Shown piece after piece: positions 8,152 through 18,153 of a DNA stretch of 64,000 nucleotides. The notes under the pieces were generated by a model, which had not been told where the DNA came from, searched no databases, and worked only from the letters and a program-made list of their open reading frames with translations. Source of the stretch: Waterburya sp. (GTDB lineage: Bacteria; Cyanobacteriota; Cyanobacteriia; Cyanobacteriales; Xenococcaceae); contig CBDCJV010000002.1 in the NCBI GenBank assembly GCA_965217895.1, positions 4,480,001 through 4,544,000 on the forward strand. The letters run 5' to 3'. A program made the position numbers and the translations under genes. Positions within the stretch are counted from its first letter, which is position 1, and each line of letters opens with the position of its first letter.

Positions 8152-11046
8152 ATGACTACATTATTACAAAATCTGCTGCTGGAAACTTTGCCCGCAGACA
8201 TAGATCTGATTCTACACAATTACATAGAAAACATATTACCTGCCTTAGAAAGAGAATTTTCTGCTGCGCCAGCAATGGGAGGGGATGAGGAGATAACTTA
8301 TCAAACTTTGCTAAAAACTGGTGATAAGTATGCACAAGAAAGATCTCAAGACTGGTCAAAAAAAGGCGATCAAAATCTATGCGTTCACGTACTTAATGCC
8401 TTACTTACTGCTTGGAATTTAATACCTTATCTCAATTCTAATCTTGCACTATCCGAAGTTGAAAAAGAGTTGTTGTGTCTGGGAATAACTTTACATGACT
8501 ATGATAAGCACTGTCGTCACCAGGGAATTAAACCGCCTCATGCTGCGGAAGTATCGGAAATAATCGAAACTTGTGGTCAGTTGGGTAAAAAACTAAATTT
8601 CGGGGCTTTTTGGAAAGAATGGCAAAGCTATCTCCCAGAAATCGCGTTCTTGGCACAAAATACTCACGCAAAACACGGAACAAACTTAAATTCTGCTAAT
8701 TGGGGGCAATTTAAACACGATTCTCGCCGTCTGAAAAATCCTTTGCGCTATCTAGTAGCTTTTGGCGATGTGGCAGTACACTTGGGCGATCCTGGGGATA
8801 TTGCTACTCAAACTGCTGGCGATCGCTTGCGAGAGCATTTGAAGAGTTTGCAGATAAAAGAAAAGCTAGTTTATCATCGCTTGCGAGATACTTTGGGCAT
8901 CCTGACTAATGCGATTCATAATGCTACGGTTTTGTTTGCTAAAGATTTAGATTGGCAACCTTTACTTTTTTTTGCTCAAGGTGTAGTTTATCTTGCACCA
9001 GCAGACTATGAAACGCCAGAAAAAGAAGAGTTATCAGAATTTATTTGGCAACAGGTTCGCAGTGCACTAGGTAGCAAAATGCTTGGAGGCGAAATAGGTT
9101 TTAAACGAGATGGCAAAGGTTTAAAAGTTGCGCCTCAAACTTTAGAGTTTTTTCAACCTGGGGAATTAATTAGAAAGCTTCCTGAAGTAGTAGAAACAAA
9201 AGTTAGAAATGAAAATAATCCTGCTACTCCTAAAAGGTTGGATACTTTAAATTTAGATAAAACAGAAAAAGAGCGATTAAACAAGGTAGCAAATCTTAGA
9301 TGCGATCGCCTGGCTGAATTGATAATTTTAATTCAAAAGGAATTTTTAGCTAATAGCCCTGAATTTATTGACTGGATTTTAAATTATTTAGGATTAGCAG
9401 ATAAAATAACTCCCGAACAAACTCAAATACAAGCAGGGGGAGTAAATCGCGGTTGGTATTATACTGCTGCTCACTATATTGCTAATAATCCTACTTTAGA
9501 CGACCAACAAGTACAAGAAAAACTAGAAAAATTAGTTCAAGAGTTAGCAGATTGGGCAGAAGAAAATAATTTATTACCCGAACATCATAGCCATACAGAA
9601 GCAATTTTCTATGACTATCTAAATCAGTATTTAGAAGTACAAGGATGGGAATATACTAATAATTCTTTTGCAGCAGAATTTAATAATTATCAACTTGCCA
9701 AAACTAAACAAGCCAAAGTTCCTATTTGTTCACTAAGTTCTGGGGAGTTTGCATCAGAAGATCAGCTTGATTCTGTAGTCTTATTTAAACCCCAGCAATA
9801 TAGTAATAAAAATGCTTTGGGAAGTGGCAGAATTAAGCGCGGAATCTCTAAAATATGGTCGCTAGAAATGTTGTTACGTCAGGCATTTTGGTCGGCTAGT
9901 TCGGGAAAATTTGCCGATTTACAACCAGTATTTTTATATATCTTTCCTGCTTATCTTTATTCTCCACAAGTAGTTGGGGCAATCAAATTATTATGCGATC
10001 GCCTGAATAACATTAATCTTTGGGATATTCGTAAAACTTGGATTAATAACAATATGGATATCTTTGCTTTGAGTAGCTGGAATTGGCTAAAAGATATCGA
10101 AGCTGGAGGACAAAGTGAAGCTAGATATGAATCTTCTCAATTGCCCTTTATGGCGACAATCTTTACCACTACCAGGGGAAAAACTACTACTGATGCCTGG
10201 GTGCAACCTACATTTTTGGCTTTAGCCTTGCCTATGTTATTAGGAGTCAGAGTTATTACGACAGATAGCTTTGTTCCTCCATATAACAGTGATAGTGACT
10301 TCAAAGCTTCGGTAATCTTAGACCAACCAGGGGGATTTTATAACCTATTAGGTTTACCAACTTCTTTACGCATTCAGCAGTTAGAACCTGCTTTAGAAAA
10401 ATTACTAATTGCTTGTAGTATTCACCTCGATACTCGTAGTTCTCCACCTGATGCTAAATGGCAAGCATTTAATAGCACCACACAAGAACTAAAAAGTGAT
10501 GTTTTAAATATCTTTGCTCTAGCTTTTGAAGGATTACGAAGAGATAGTAGAGATAAGCTTTCAACAGAAGAAATTAACCGCTATATTACCTATGCCGAAA
10601 AATGGTCGCAAGGAGATTTATTAATGACAGAAAAACTTTCAGTAACCAAAAAAATTACCGAACAATACTATCAGTTTTATCATGTTGGCGCGAATGAATC
10701 TAGCCACTCGATATTATTACCTTTCACTAAAGCTTTAGAACAAATACTTGCTGTTCCTGACTACTTTGATGATGAAGAACTAGTCTTGCAAGGAACAGGA
10801 GAAATAAAAAGAGCTTTAGACAGACAAAAAATATATAAACGCCCTCTGATGAAAGACAAAACAGTTGACTACACAACCAGACAACAACAAGAAGAAACAT
10901 CAATTGAAACCTTTATGACTACCTGTGTTAAGGAACTATTCGGCAAAATGTGTAAGGGCGATCGCGCTTTATTACAACAGTATCAAAACCGTTTTAAATC
11001 AGGGGTGATTATTTACTATCAAAAATTAGCCCGCGATAGTAAGTAA
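8152..11046 (+). CDS. cas10d: Type I-D large subunit Cas10d (Csc3) with N-terminal HD nuclease
   Basis: 964 aa; DQNLCVHVLN...LHDYDK HD domain; FKPQQYSNKN motif. Confidence 0.95.
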   Translation: MTTLLQNLLLETLPADIDLILHNYIENILPALEREFSAAPAMGGDEEITYQTLLKTGDKYAQERSQDWSKKGDQNLCVHVLNALLTAWNLIPYLNSNLALSEVEKELLCLGITLHDYDKHCRHQGIKPPHAAEVSEIIETCGQLGKKLNFGAFWKEWQSYLPEIAFLAQNTHAKHGTNLNSANWGQFKHDSRRLKNPLRYLVAFGDVAVHLGDPGDIATQTAGDRLREHLKSLQIKEKLVYHRLRDTLGILTNAIHNATVLFAKDLDWQPLLFFAQGVVYLAPADYETPEKEELSEFIWQQVRSALGSKMLGGEIGFKRDGKGLKVAPQTLEFFQPGELIRKLPEVVETKVRNENNPATPKRLDTLNLDKTEKERLNKVANLRCDRLAELIILIQKEFLANSPEFIDWILNYLGLADKITPEQTQIQAGGVNRGWYYTAAHYIANNPTLDDQQVQEKLEKLVQELADWAEENNLLPEHHSHTEAIFYDYLNQYLEVQGWEYTNNSFAAEFNNYQLAKTKQAKVPICSLSSGEFASEDQLDSVVLFKPQQYSNKNALGSGRIKRGISKIWSLEMLLRQAFWSASSGKFADLQPVFLYIFPAYLYSPQVVGAIKLLCDRLNNINLWDIRKTWINNNMDIFALSSWNWLKDIEAGGQSEARYESSQLPFMATIFTTTRGKTTTDAWVQPTFLALALPMLLGVRVITTDSFVPPYNSDSDFKASVILDQPGGFYNLLGLPTSLRIQQLEPALEKLLIACSIHLDTRSSPPDAKWQAFNSTTQELKSDVLNIFALAFEGLRRDSRDKLSTEEINRYITYAEKWSQGDLLMTEKLSVTKKITEQYYQFYHVGANESSHSILLPFTKALEQILAVPDYFDDEELVLQGTGEIKRALDRQKIYKRPLMKDKTVDYTTRQQQEETSIETFMTTCVKELFGKMCKGDRALLQQYQNRFKSGVIIYYQKLARDSK
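10624..11046 (+). CDS. cas11d: Cas11d small subunit, internally translated from cas10d
   Basis: AAGGAG RBS followed by an in-frame ATG (MTEKLS..., 140 aa); a known feature of I-D systems. Confidence 0.75.
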   Translation: MTEKLSVTKKITEQYYQFYHVGANESSHSILLPFTKALEQILAVPDYFDDEELVLQGTGEIKRALDRQKIYKRPLMKDKTVDYTTRQQQEETSIETFMTTCVKELFGKMCKGDRALLQQYQNRFKSGVIIYYQKLARDSK

Positions 11047-11091
11047 ACAGTTATCAGTTTTATATCACAAGTAATCCAAGTATTTTGCATT

Positions 11092-12096
11092 ATGAATATT
11101 CTTTCTGAAATCAAATCTCTCTTCAATCCCGCTTTTCCTCGTCTTGCAGGTGGTAAATATATCCATTTTATAATGCTACGACACACCCAATCTTTTCCTG
11201 TTTTTCAAACTGATGGAATATTAAATACTGTTCGCACTCAAGCAGGCATAGAAAACACAAACAAAATTAGTCGTTTGGTACAGTTTAAACGCAAACAAAC
11301 TACTCCAGAGAGATTAACTGGTAGAGAATTACTGCGCTCTTTAAATATTACCAATGCCGATAAAGCAGCCGATTGTTACTGTGAATATAATGGCGATAAA
11401 TCTTGCAAGCAATGTCCCGATTGTATTATTTATGGTTTTGCGATCGGTGATAGCGGTTCAGAACGTTCTAAAGTGTATTCCGATTCGGGTTTTTCTCTAA
11501 CTCCTTATGATGAAAATTCCCGTCGTAGTTTTACTTTTAATGCCCCCTTTGAAGGAGGAACGATGAGTGAAGCTGGTCAAATGCGAAGTGCGATTAATCA
11601 ACTAGATCATATCTTACCAGAAGTTACTTTTCCTACTGTAGAAACTTTAAAAGATGTGACCCAAGAAGCTTTTATATATGTACTTGGTAACTTATTAAGA
11701 ACTAAACGCTATGGCGCACAGGAATCTCGAACAGGTACAGTCAAAAATCATCTATTAGGTATTGTATTTTGTGATGGGGAAATCTTTAGTAATCTTCAGT
11801 TTACTCAGGCATTATATGATGTTCTAAAAACCAAAAATCTTCTCGATGGAAATATCGGCGATCTAAAAATTGAAGCAGAACAAGTTATTAACAATTTATT
11901 GGAACAAGAATTAGTGTGTAAAAATAAAACAATTTTTGGCTCGGAATTAGAACAATTAGTTGCTGAAGTAAGTAATATTTACCAAAACCAGGAAACTCTA
12001 CAAAATACTCTAAATACGTTAAGCGAACAAACCAAAACCTATTCTACGGAATATGGTGCCAATGTAGACAATAAAAAGAAAAGTAAAAAGAAATAA
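11092..12096 (+). CDS. csc2: Type I-D Cas7 (Csc2)
   Basis: FKRKQTTPERLTGRELLR, CxxCxxC..YGFA, RYGAQESRTG. Confidence 0.95.
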   Translation: MNILSEIKSLFNPAFPRLAGGKYIHFIMLRHTQSFPVFQTDGILNTVRTQAGIENTNKISRLVQFKRKQTTPERLTGRELLRSLNITNADKAADCYCEYNGDKSCKQCPDCIIYGFAIGDSGSERSKVYSDSGFSLTPYDENSRRSFTFNAPFEGGTMSEAGQMRSAINQLDHILPEVTFPTVETLKDVTQEAFIYVLGNLLRTKRYGAQESRTGTVKNHLLGIVFCDGEIFSNLQFTQALYDVLKTKNLLDGNIGDLKIEAEQVINNLLEQELVCKNKTIFGSELEQLVAEVSNIYQNQETLQNTLNTLSEQTKTYSTEYGANVDNKKKSKKK

Positions 12097-12125
12097 ATAG
12101 TCTACTGATAACTAATAACTGTTGT

Positions 12126-12866
12126 ATGAATCTCCCACATTTTTATCTATGTCATTTGACATTACACGATAATGTTTTCTTTGCTAGTAGGGAAATGGGT
12201 ACTCTTTATGAAACAGAGAAGTATCTCCATAATTGGGCATTAACCTATGCTTTATTTGAAGTTACGCATATTCCTAAACCCTACCGAATGCAAGGAAATC
12301 TAGCCCAAAAACCTGTTTATCTAGAGCGCGATCGCGAACAAAATTTAGTTCAATTAAACGATCTTGGAATTTATGTTTTTCCTGCATTACCGATAACTTG
12401 GTCTTACCAAATTAATACTTTTAAAGCTGCCCAAGTTGCCTATTACGGAAAGTCAAAACAATTTGGGGCAAAAGGAGCAGATCGTAACTATCCTATTAAT
12501 TATGGCAGAGCCAAAGAATTAGCAGTCGGTAGCATTTATTGCACATATATTATAAGTAAAGACAAGATTAACATTCCGCAATGGATTAGGTTGGGAAAAT
12601 GGTCATCTAAAATAAAAATTGAAGTTGAACCATTAGAAATTTCAAATATCAAATCTAGATCTGGCACTTTTATTTGTCGCCATCCTCTAAACCCCATCGA
12701 TCTACCTTTATCAACTCAGCTATTGCTGTATAACCGCATAGTGATGCCCCCATCAAGTCTAGTTTCTCAAGCACAACTAGAGGGAGATTTCTGGGAATTA
12801 CCAGACACCAAATTACCTAGAGGAACAAAATATGGACAGTCTGTACTGTCTCAAGCTAATAGTTAA
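12126..12866 (+). CDS. csc1: Type I-D Cas5 (Csc1)
   Basis: LTLHDNVFFASRE, LHNWALTYA, WIRLGKW. Confidence 0.95.
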   Translation: MNLPHFYLCHLTLHDNVFFASREMGTLYETEKYLHNWALTYALFEVTHIPKPYRMQGNLAQKPVYLERDREQNLVQLNDLGIYVFPALPITWSYQINTFKAAQVAYYGKSKQFGAKGADRNYPINYGRAKELAVGSIYCTYIISKDKINIPQWIRLGKWSSKIKIEVEPLEISNIKSRSGTFICRHPLNPIDLPLSTQLLLYNRIVMPPSSLVSQAQLEGDFWELPDTKLPRGTKYGQSVLSQANS

Positions 12867-12878
12867 TAGTTTTGAAAT

Positions 12879-13676
12879 ATGGTTTCTAATTTAGACTCAT
12901 TGCATTCTACTGTTGTTAGTCTTGCTGTAGAAGATAATAGTAAGATACCATCAGGTTTAAATCGAGCTATTCACGCTCAAGTTTTAGCATGGTTGCAACA
13001 AGGAAATCCAGAAATATCTGCTTTAATTCATAATAGTCAGCGATCGCCTTTGAGTATTTCGGAACTAATTAAAAAAACCAATTCTCCAATTACTAAGTCA
13101 AGACATTGCCAAGAGACTAATCGGCTATTCTTTAGAGTCAATTTTTTGCAAGGGTATCTTCTGCCAATTCTATTAAAAGGGATGGAAACAGAAAAAAAGA
13201 TATCTTTGGCAGATCATAAGTTCATTCTAATTGGTGTAGATTCCCTACCTGGTGTAGATTCTCAAGCACGATTGACTACATACAAAGAAGTAGTAGAGAG
13301 TAGCAAACCTTGTGGTGAAATTAATCTCAAACTGATTTCTCCCACAAGTTTTAAACACAATGGCTGCATTCAACCATTTCCCTTACCAGAATTAGTTTTT
13401 AATAATCTACTTCGTCGTTGGAATACCTTTGCACCAGCAGAATATCATTTTCCCAAAGTTGATTGGCAAGGAATGACCGCAGCTTACAATCTCAAAACCG
13501 AAGTTATTAAAAAAGAAGTTACCGAAATAGGCTCTGTCGGTTGGGTTAAATACAAATTTAAGGATGAAAAAAAAGTCAAAATAGCTACTATATTAGCCAA
13601 TTTTGCCAACTTCTCAGGGATAGGACGCAAAACATCATTAGGCATGGGTCAGACCCAATTTAAGCCCAAAATTTAA
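12879..13676 (+). CDS. cas6: CRISPR endoribonuclease Cas6
   Basis: C-terminal GIGRKTSLGMG glycine-rich loop; SPTSFK, PFPLPELVF. Confidence 0.95.
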   Translation: MVSNLDSLHSTVVSLAVEDNSKIPSGLNRAIHAQVLAWLQQGNPEISALIHNSQRSPLSISELIKKTNSPITKSRHCQETNRLFFRVNFLQGYLLPILLKGMETEKKISLADHKFILIGVDSLPGVDSQARLTTYKEVVESSKPCGEINLKLISPTSFKHNGCIQPFPLPELVFNNLLRRWNTFAPAEYHFPKVDWQGMTAAYNLKTEVIKKEVTEIGSVGWVKYKFKDEKKVKIATILANFANFSGIGRKTSLGMGQTQFKPKI

Positions 13677-13695
13677 TCTCAAAAATATCAAAAAA

Positions 13696-14286
13696 ATGAA
13701 TGAAAATTATTTACCTCTAGCGTATCTCAATGCCTGGGAATATTGCCCACGCCGTTTTTACATCGAATACGAATTAGGAGAAATGGCAGACAACGAATAT
13801 ATCCTTCAAGGTCGCCATATTCATCGCAACGTAGATGTTGAAGGCACACATCAAGAAGAGAATATTACAACCCATCGCCATCAATGGGTGTGGAGCGATC
13901 GCCTGAAAGTTAACGGCGTAATCGATGCGGTAGAAGAAAAAAAGGGTGAATTAATCCCTATAGAATACAAAAAAGGTCGCCAAGGAAGACATCTCAACGA
14001 CCATTTTCAACTTTGTGCTGCTGCTTTATGTATTGAAGAAAGAATCCATAAAACTATCGCTTATGGAGAAATCTTTTACTACGGCAATCGTCGCCGACAG
14101 AAAGTAGAGTTTACGCCTCAATTACGGCAAATGACAGAACAGGCGATCGCTTCGGCACTCGCTACTACAAAAGAAAAAATGCCACCACCCATTAATAACA
14201 GCAAAAAATGTCAGGCTTGCAGCCTCAAAAATATCTGTCTTCCCCAGGAAATTAAATATTTGCTTAAAGAAAAGTCTCTTAACTAA
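13696..14286 (+). CDS. cas4: Cas4 nuclease
   Basis: YCPRR, GVIDAVE...PIEYKKG, CQACSL...C Fe-S cysteines. Confidence 0.96.
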   Translation: MNENYLPLAYLNAWEYCPRRFYIEYELGEMADNEYILQGRHIHRNVDVEGTHQEENITTHRHQWVWSDRLKVNGVIDAVEEKKGELIPIEYKKGRQGRHLNDHFQLCAAALCIEERIHKTIAYGEIFYYGNRRRQKVEFTPQLRQMTEQAIASALATTKEKMPPPINNSKKCQACSLKNICLPQEIKYLLKEKSLN

Positions 14287-14314
14287 CAACAAACTATCAA
14301 GTCTCAGAAAAAAA

Positions 14315-14737
14315 ATGACTGAACCAATTTCCGAAATTATCACATACACTATTTTTGTCTCGACTGTCTTCGGTACAGTGTTTGGTGCAGTTTTTTACCT
14401 CCCATACCGCATTGAAAAACCCAAAAAAATTCTCAGACAACTTAAATATCTTTCAGGTCGAAGTAGCAATAATGGATGTATTACAGTATTCGATCTAGCT
14501 ACCGAAGCAGAAATAAATCCCAAAGAAGCCAAAAAAGCTTTAGATGAATACATTCAAGAACTTGAGGGAGAAAAATTAGTTTCTGCCAAAGGAGAAGTTT
14601 ATTATGTCTTTCCTCGCGGAGACAAAATCTTTAAAGAAGAAACCCAATTGCAGCTAGAAAGTGCTACTGACAGAAAAATTAATCGCTTAGAAGAACAAAT
14701 AACCAAACTTCAAAAACAACTTGAATCCGATAAATAA
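14315..14737 (+). CDS. Hypothetical membrane protein (TM helix, wHTH-like segment, coiled coil) between cas4 and cas1
   Basis: Hydrophobic N-terminal helix; ITVFDLATEAEINPKEAKKALD...GEVYYVF; heptad-rich C-terminus. Confidence 0.75.
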   Translation: MTEPISEIITYTIFVSTVFGTVFGAVFYLPYRIEKPKKILRQLKYLSGRSSNNGCITVFDLATEAEINPKEAKKALDEYIQELEGEKLVSAKGEVYYVFPRGDKIFKEETQLQLESATDRKINRLEEQITKLQKQLESDK

Positions 14738-14752
14738 ACTCTAATAACTTCT

Positions 14753-14811
14753 GGTGGGCAAAAATAATAGGTGTTCAACAAAAAACAAAGCCATATATTT
14801 TGCCCACCCTA
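14753..14811. repeat. REP-like palindrome GGTGGGCAAAA...TTTTGCCCACCCTAC
   Basis: 11-bp inverted repeat upstream of cas1. Confidence 0.65.
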
Positions 14812-14830
14812 CAACTGATAACTAAAAAAA

Positions 14831-15808
14831 ATGTCTGTTTTATATATAACTCAACCCGATGCCATCATTAACAAAGCTCAAGAAGCATTTAAAATTGCCC
14901 TCAAACAAGAAGATGGCACTTGGAAAAAGCGATCGCTGCCAGCCCAAACTATCGAACAAATAGTATTAATGGGCAATCCCCAGATTACGGGAGATGCTCT
15001 TACCTATGCCTTAAATTTAGGAATGCCAGTCCATTATTTAACTTATTTTGGCAAATATATAGGTTCGGCTTTACCTGGATATTCTCGCAATGGTCAACTG
15101 AGACTGGCTCAATTTGAATTATATCGAGACATGGAAAAACGCTTGGAATTAGTCAAAGCTATTGTCAAAGCCAAAATTCACAATCAAAGATCGCTTCTCT
15201 ATCAACACGGACAAAAAGACGATCCTCTTAAACTACGTAAGTCAGCAGTAAAAGAACAAAGGACTATAGACCAGGTTAGAGGCATAGAAGGAATAGCAGC
15301 TAAAGAATATTTTAGCTATTGGAATAATATTCTCAAGCATGGCTGGACTTTTCCTGGGCGTAAACGTCGTCCTCCAAGCGATCCTGTTAATGCTTTACTT
15401 AGTTTTGCTTATGGATTACTACGAGTTCAAGTAACCGCAGCGACTCATATTGTCGGTTTAGACCCCTACATTGGCTATCTTCACGAAGTTCATCACGGTC
15501 AACCAGCAATGGTTTTAGATCTGATGGAAGAATTCAGACCTTTAGTAGCCGATAGTTTAGTTATTTCCATTATTAACAATCGAGAAATTAAACGGTCAGA
15601 ATTTACCGAAAGTCTTGGCGCATATCGTCTATCTGATGAAGGTCGTAAGAAATTCCTTCAAGCCTTTGAACGAAAAATGAACGATGAATTCAAGCATCAT
15701 GTCTTTGGCTATCGTTGTTCCTACCGTCGAGCAATTGAATTACAGGCTCGTCTTTTGGGTCGTCATTTACAAGAAAAAGTAGCTTATAAGCCTCTGAAAC
15801 TAAGGTAA
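14831..15808 (+). CDS. cas1: Cas1 (type I-D)
   Basis: RGIEGIAAKEYF, DPVNALLSFAY, LDPYIGYLH, DLMEEFRP. Confidence 0.98.
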   Translation: MSVLYITQPDAIINKAQEAFKIALKQEDGTWKKRSLPAQTIEQIVLMGNPQITGDALTYALNLGMPVHYLTYFGKYIGSALPGYSRNGQLRLAQFELYRDMEKRLELVKAIVKAKIHNQRSLLYQHGQKDDPLKLRKSAVKEQRTIDQVRGIEGIAAKEYFSYWNNILKHGWTFPGRKRRPPSDPVNALLSFAYGLLRVQVTAATHIVGLDPYIGYLHEVHHGQPAMVLDLMEEFRPLVADSLVISIINNREIKRSEFTESLGAYRLSDEGRKKFLQAFERKMNDEFKHHVFGYRCSYRRAIELQARLLGRHLQEKVAYKPLKLR

Positions 15809-15831
15809 CAGTCAACATTTATCAGATTTTC

Positions 15832-16125
15832 ATGAGTCAGTTACTATATTTAATTATTTACGATCTGCCGAATACTAAGCCAGGAAATAAACGTCGCACC
15901 AGATTACACGATTTACTTTGTGGCTATGGCAAATGGACACAATATAGTGTTTTTGAATGTTTTCTGACCAATATGCAGTTTGTCAAGTTGCAGCATCAAA
16001 TTGAGAATCTGATTAAACCTGAAACTGATTCGGTAAGAATTTATGTTTTAAATGCTACTGCTATAAAAAAAGCGATCGCTTACGGTTCTCAAAAACCAGA
16101 ATATGAGGATACAATCATTTTGTAG
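15832..16125 (+). CDS. cas2: Cas2
   Basis: YLIIYDL...YGKWTQYSVFEC...DSVRIY. Confidence 0.97.
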   Translation: MSQLLYLIIYDLPNTKPGNKRRTRLHDLLCGYGKWTQYSVFECFLTNMQFVKLQHQIENLIKPETDSVRIYVLNATAIKKAIAYGSQKPEYEDTIIL

Positions 16126-16151
16126 TCGAATTATTTTCTGTCGAACTCAAG

Positions 16152-16326
16152 CGCGGGCGTAATCCCTGAAAGGTTTGACAAAACTCTAGAACCTTCACAA
16201 TTCAACACTTTGAGCAGTTTGCTTTTTGTATTATGCGTATTTCATTTAGTGATTGGAAGCGAATTTTGGGAGGCTCGTCAGTTTCAGTTGTCAAAGGCAT
16301 TGATTATAATTGTTTCGGGTGGCGGA
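16152..16326 (+). promoter_or_regulatory. Leader of array 2
   Basis: Colinear homology with the array-1 leader; both end in GTGGCGGA at the first repeat. Confidence 0.85.
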
Positions 16327-16949
16327 GTCGCTAACCTATTAATCCCAAGTGCGGGACTGAAACGTAATATTCTCGTTATAGTTTTTACGCACCTCCAAGG
16401 TCGCTAACCTATTAATCCCAAGTGCGGGACTGAAACATTAAAATTAATCCTTGAGTTTTTTCGTCTAGTTGTCGCTAACCTATTAATCCCAAGTGCGTGA
16501 CTGAAACGTAACATCATCAATCGGCAGTGTTTTGGTAAACTGTCGCTAACCTATTAATCCCAAGTGCGGGACTGAAACATATCAAGTAGCTTTCTAATAA
16601 TTTCTACCGCGTCGGGTCGCTAACCTATTAATCCCAAGTGCGGGACTGAAACATAACGGGTACTATTCTCAGCAATACAATTATCAGCATGTCGCTAACC
16701 TATTAATCCCAAGTGCGGGACTGAAACCAGCAGATGGGGGCGTGACAAACACGATGAAGTTTAGGTCGCTAACCTATTAATCCCAAGTGCGGGACTGAAA
16801 CATTAATTTTAATACCTGTAAATAAAATAAAACTTTAACAGTCGCTAACCTATTAATCCCAAGTGCGGGACTGAAACATATATCCTGTATTCCCCACTAG
16901 GAATGTGGTAATGTCGCTAACCTATTAATCTCAACTGCGGGACCGAAAC
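16327..16949 (+). CRISPR. Type I-D CRISPR array 2: 9 repeats of 37 nt (GTCGCTAACCTATTAATCCCAAGTGCGGGACTGAAAC) and 8 spacers
   Basis: Repeats start at 16327, 16400, 16471, 16542, 16616, 16691, 16765, 16841 and 16913 (last one degenerate). Confidence 0.98.
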
Positions 16950-17049
16950 GGAAGCTTATCCCAGTCGGCGAAACAATACTCTGCTCAAATTTCGTTTTTT
17001 TCGATCTATTATCAATTCTAAAAAATTGGTAGTATTAAATCGATCAATG

Positions 17050-17334
17050 TTAATAATTCCATTGTCGTACCATTCCCAAACCAAAACCTAACAACTGTAC
17101 TTCCACAATCCACATATCCTCATCGATAGAGAAAACAAACTTGTTAGCGAAACTAATTCTGATATTTCTGCTTGGAATTCCCAAAGAATCTCTTTCCTGC
17201 TGCCAGATAACGAAATCTGCAGTAAGCAAATTGAACTGGAAATAGTCATGGTATTTAGACTGAAATCGACGCTCAAATATTTTGATTAAAGACATATCAT
17301 TTTCTAAAACAACTATTGGTACTAGTCCCACCAA
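17050..17334 (-). CDS. Hypothetical protein
   Basis: 94-aa ORF overlapping the stop of the upstream gene; no recognised motif. Confidence 0.4.
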   Translation of the reverse strand: MVGLVPIVVLENDMSLIKIFERRFQSKYHDYFQFNLLTADFVIWQQERDSLGIPSRNIRISFANKFVFSIDEDMWIVEVQLLGFGLGMVRQWNY

Positions 17335-17876
17335 TAAGCAACAACGACTGCATCCAGACGTTCGAGGTTGGATTGGTTGAGTACACTTTTCTCTTTCTTT
17401 GCCAAGCTTTCTCTTAATCTAAACTGAGTGTAATAACCGTATTCTTCGTTATGGCGATCGATAACCTCTACAGAATCGGCTCGCCATTTTTTACCCAAAT
17501 CTATCAACTGCGTCACCAATGTCTCCTGGTTTTCAGTCAAGACATATAACGTATCAGCAGGATAGGGAATAAATTGAATCATACTAGTTTCGGGCAAAGG
17601 GCGATAGTTAGCCAATGCCAGTAAGGTAGTAACCAAATTAGCAAAGCTTAATCCTCCTTCATCTGGAGGAGCATAAATGGCTTTGGCGAAGAGAAAGCTA
17701 TGCCACAAGTCTAAATTATGAGATAAATCAGTAATTACTTCTTCGCCATTAAACTCATTAAACCGACGTTGCCAAACTAAAGCACTCAATAGCTCTTGGG
17801 GAGAGTATGAGGTAGCGATATTTTGAATTTTGTTAGTGTCTAGCATAGATAAATTGCTCGATCGCGCAGCCGACAA
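17322..17876 (-). CDS. Hypothetical protein (C-terminal YWWD)
   Basis: 184-aa ORF with protein-like composition. Confidence 0.7.
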   Translation of the reverse strand: MSAARSSNLSMLDTNKIQNIATSYSPQELLSALVWQRRFNEFNGEEVITDLSHNLDLWHSFLFAKAIYAPPDEGGLSFANLVTTLLALANYRPLPETSMIQFIPYPADTLYVLTENQETLVTQLIDLGKKWRADSVEVIDRHNEEYGYYTQFRLRESLAKKEKSVLNQSNLERLDAVVVAYWWD

Positions 17877-18153
17877 AATCGTCCTATAGGGATTCTAGTA
17901 ACTCATATAATGGGTGAAACTTATCGTTTGGTAATCTCTTGAAGGTTTTTAACCGTTAGTATGAGTGCTAAGATTTCGGCTATAGTTGACATACTGAATC
18001 AAATACCTCAAATTTTGTGGTCATATCAATATAATGCCGAAATTTGGTCATCGAAACGAACACCTGACGTTAGTGTGACAATTAAAGAGCGTCGTTAATA
18101 AGGGATTTGTTGGCAGTAGCCATAACTTTCAAAGGTGCAGATCCATAGTCAGC

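Noticed and set aside
5592..16912. Self-targeting spacers against the integrase element or elsewhere in the window
   Set aside because: No full-length match spotted by eye; an exhaustive alignment could not be run
16950..16974. Repeat-like TTATCCCAGTCGGCGAAAC directly after the last repeat of array 2
   Set aside because: Too short and degenerate to count as a repeat; probably a decayed remnant
18074..18100. TGACAATTAAAGAGCGTCG resembling a TnsB site
   Set aside because: Single weak copy with no TGTACA terminus; not enough for an internal transposon end
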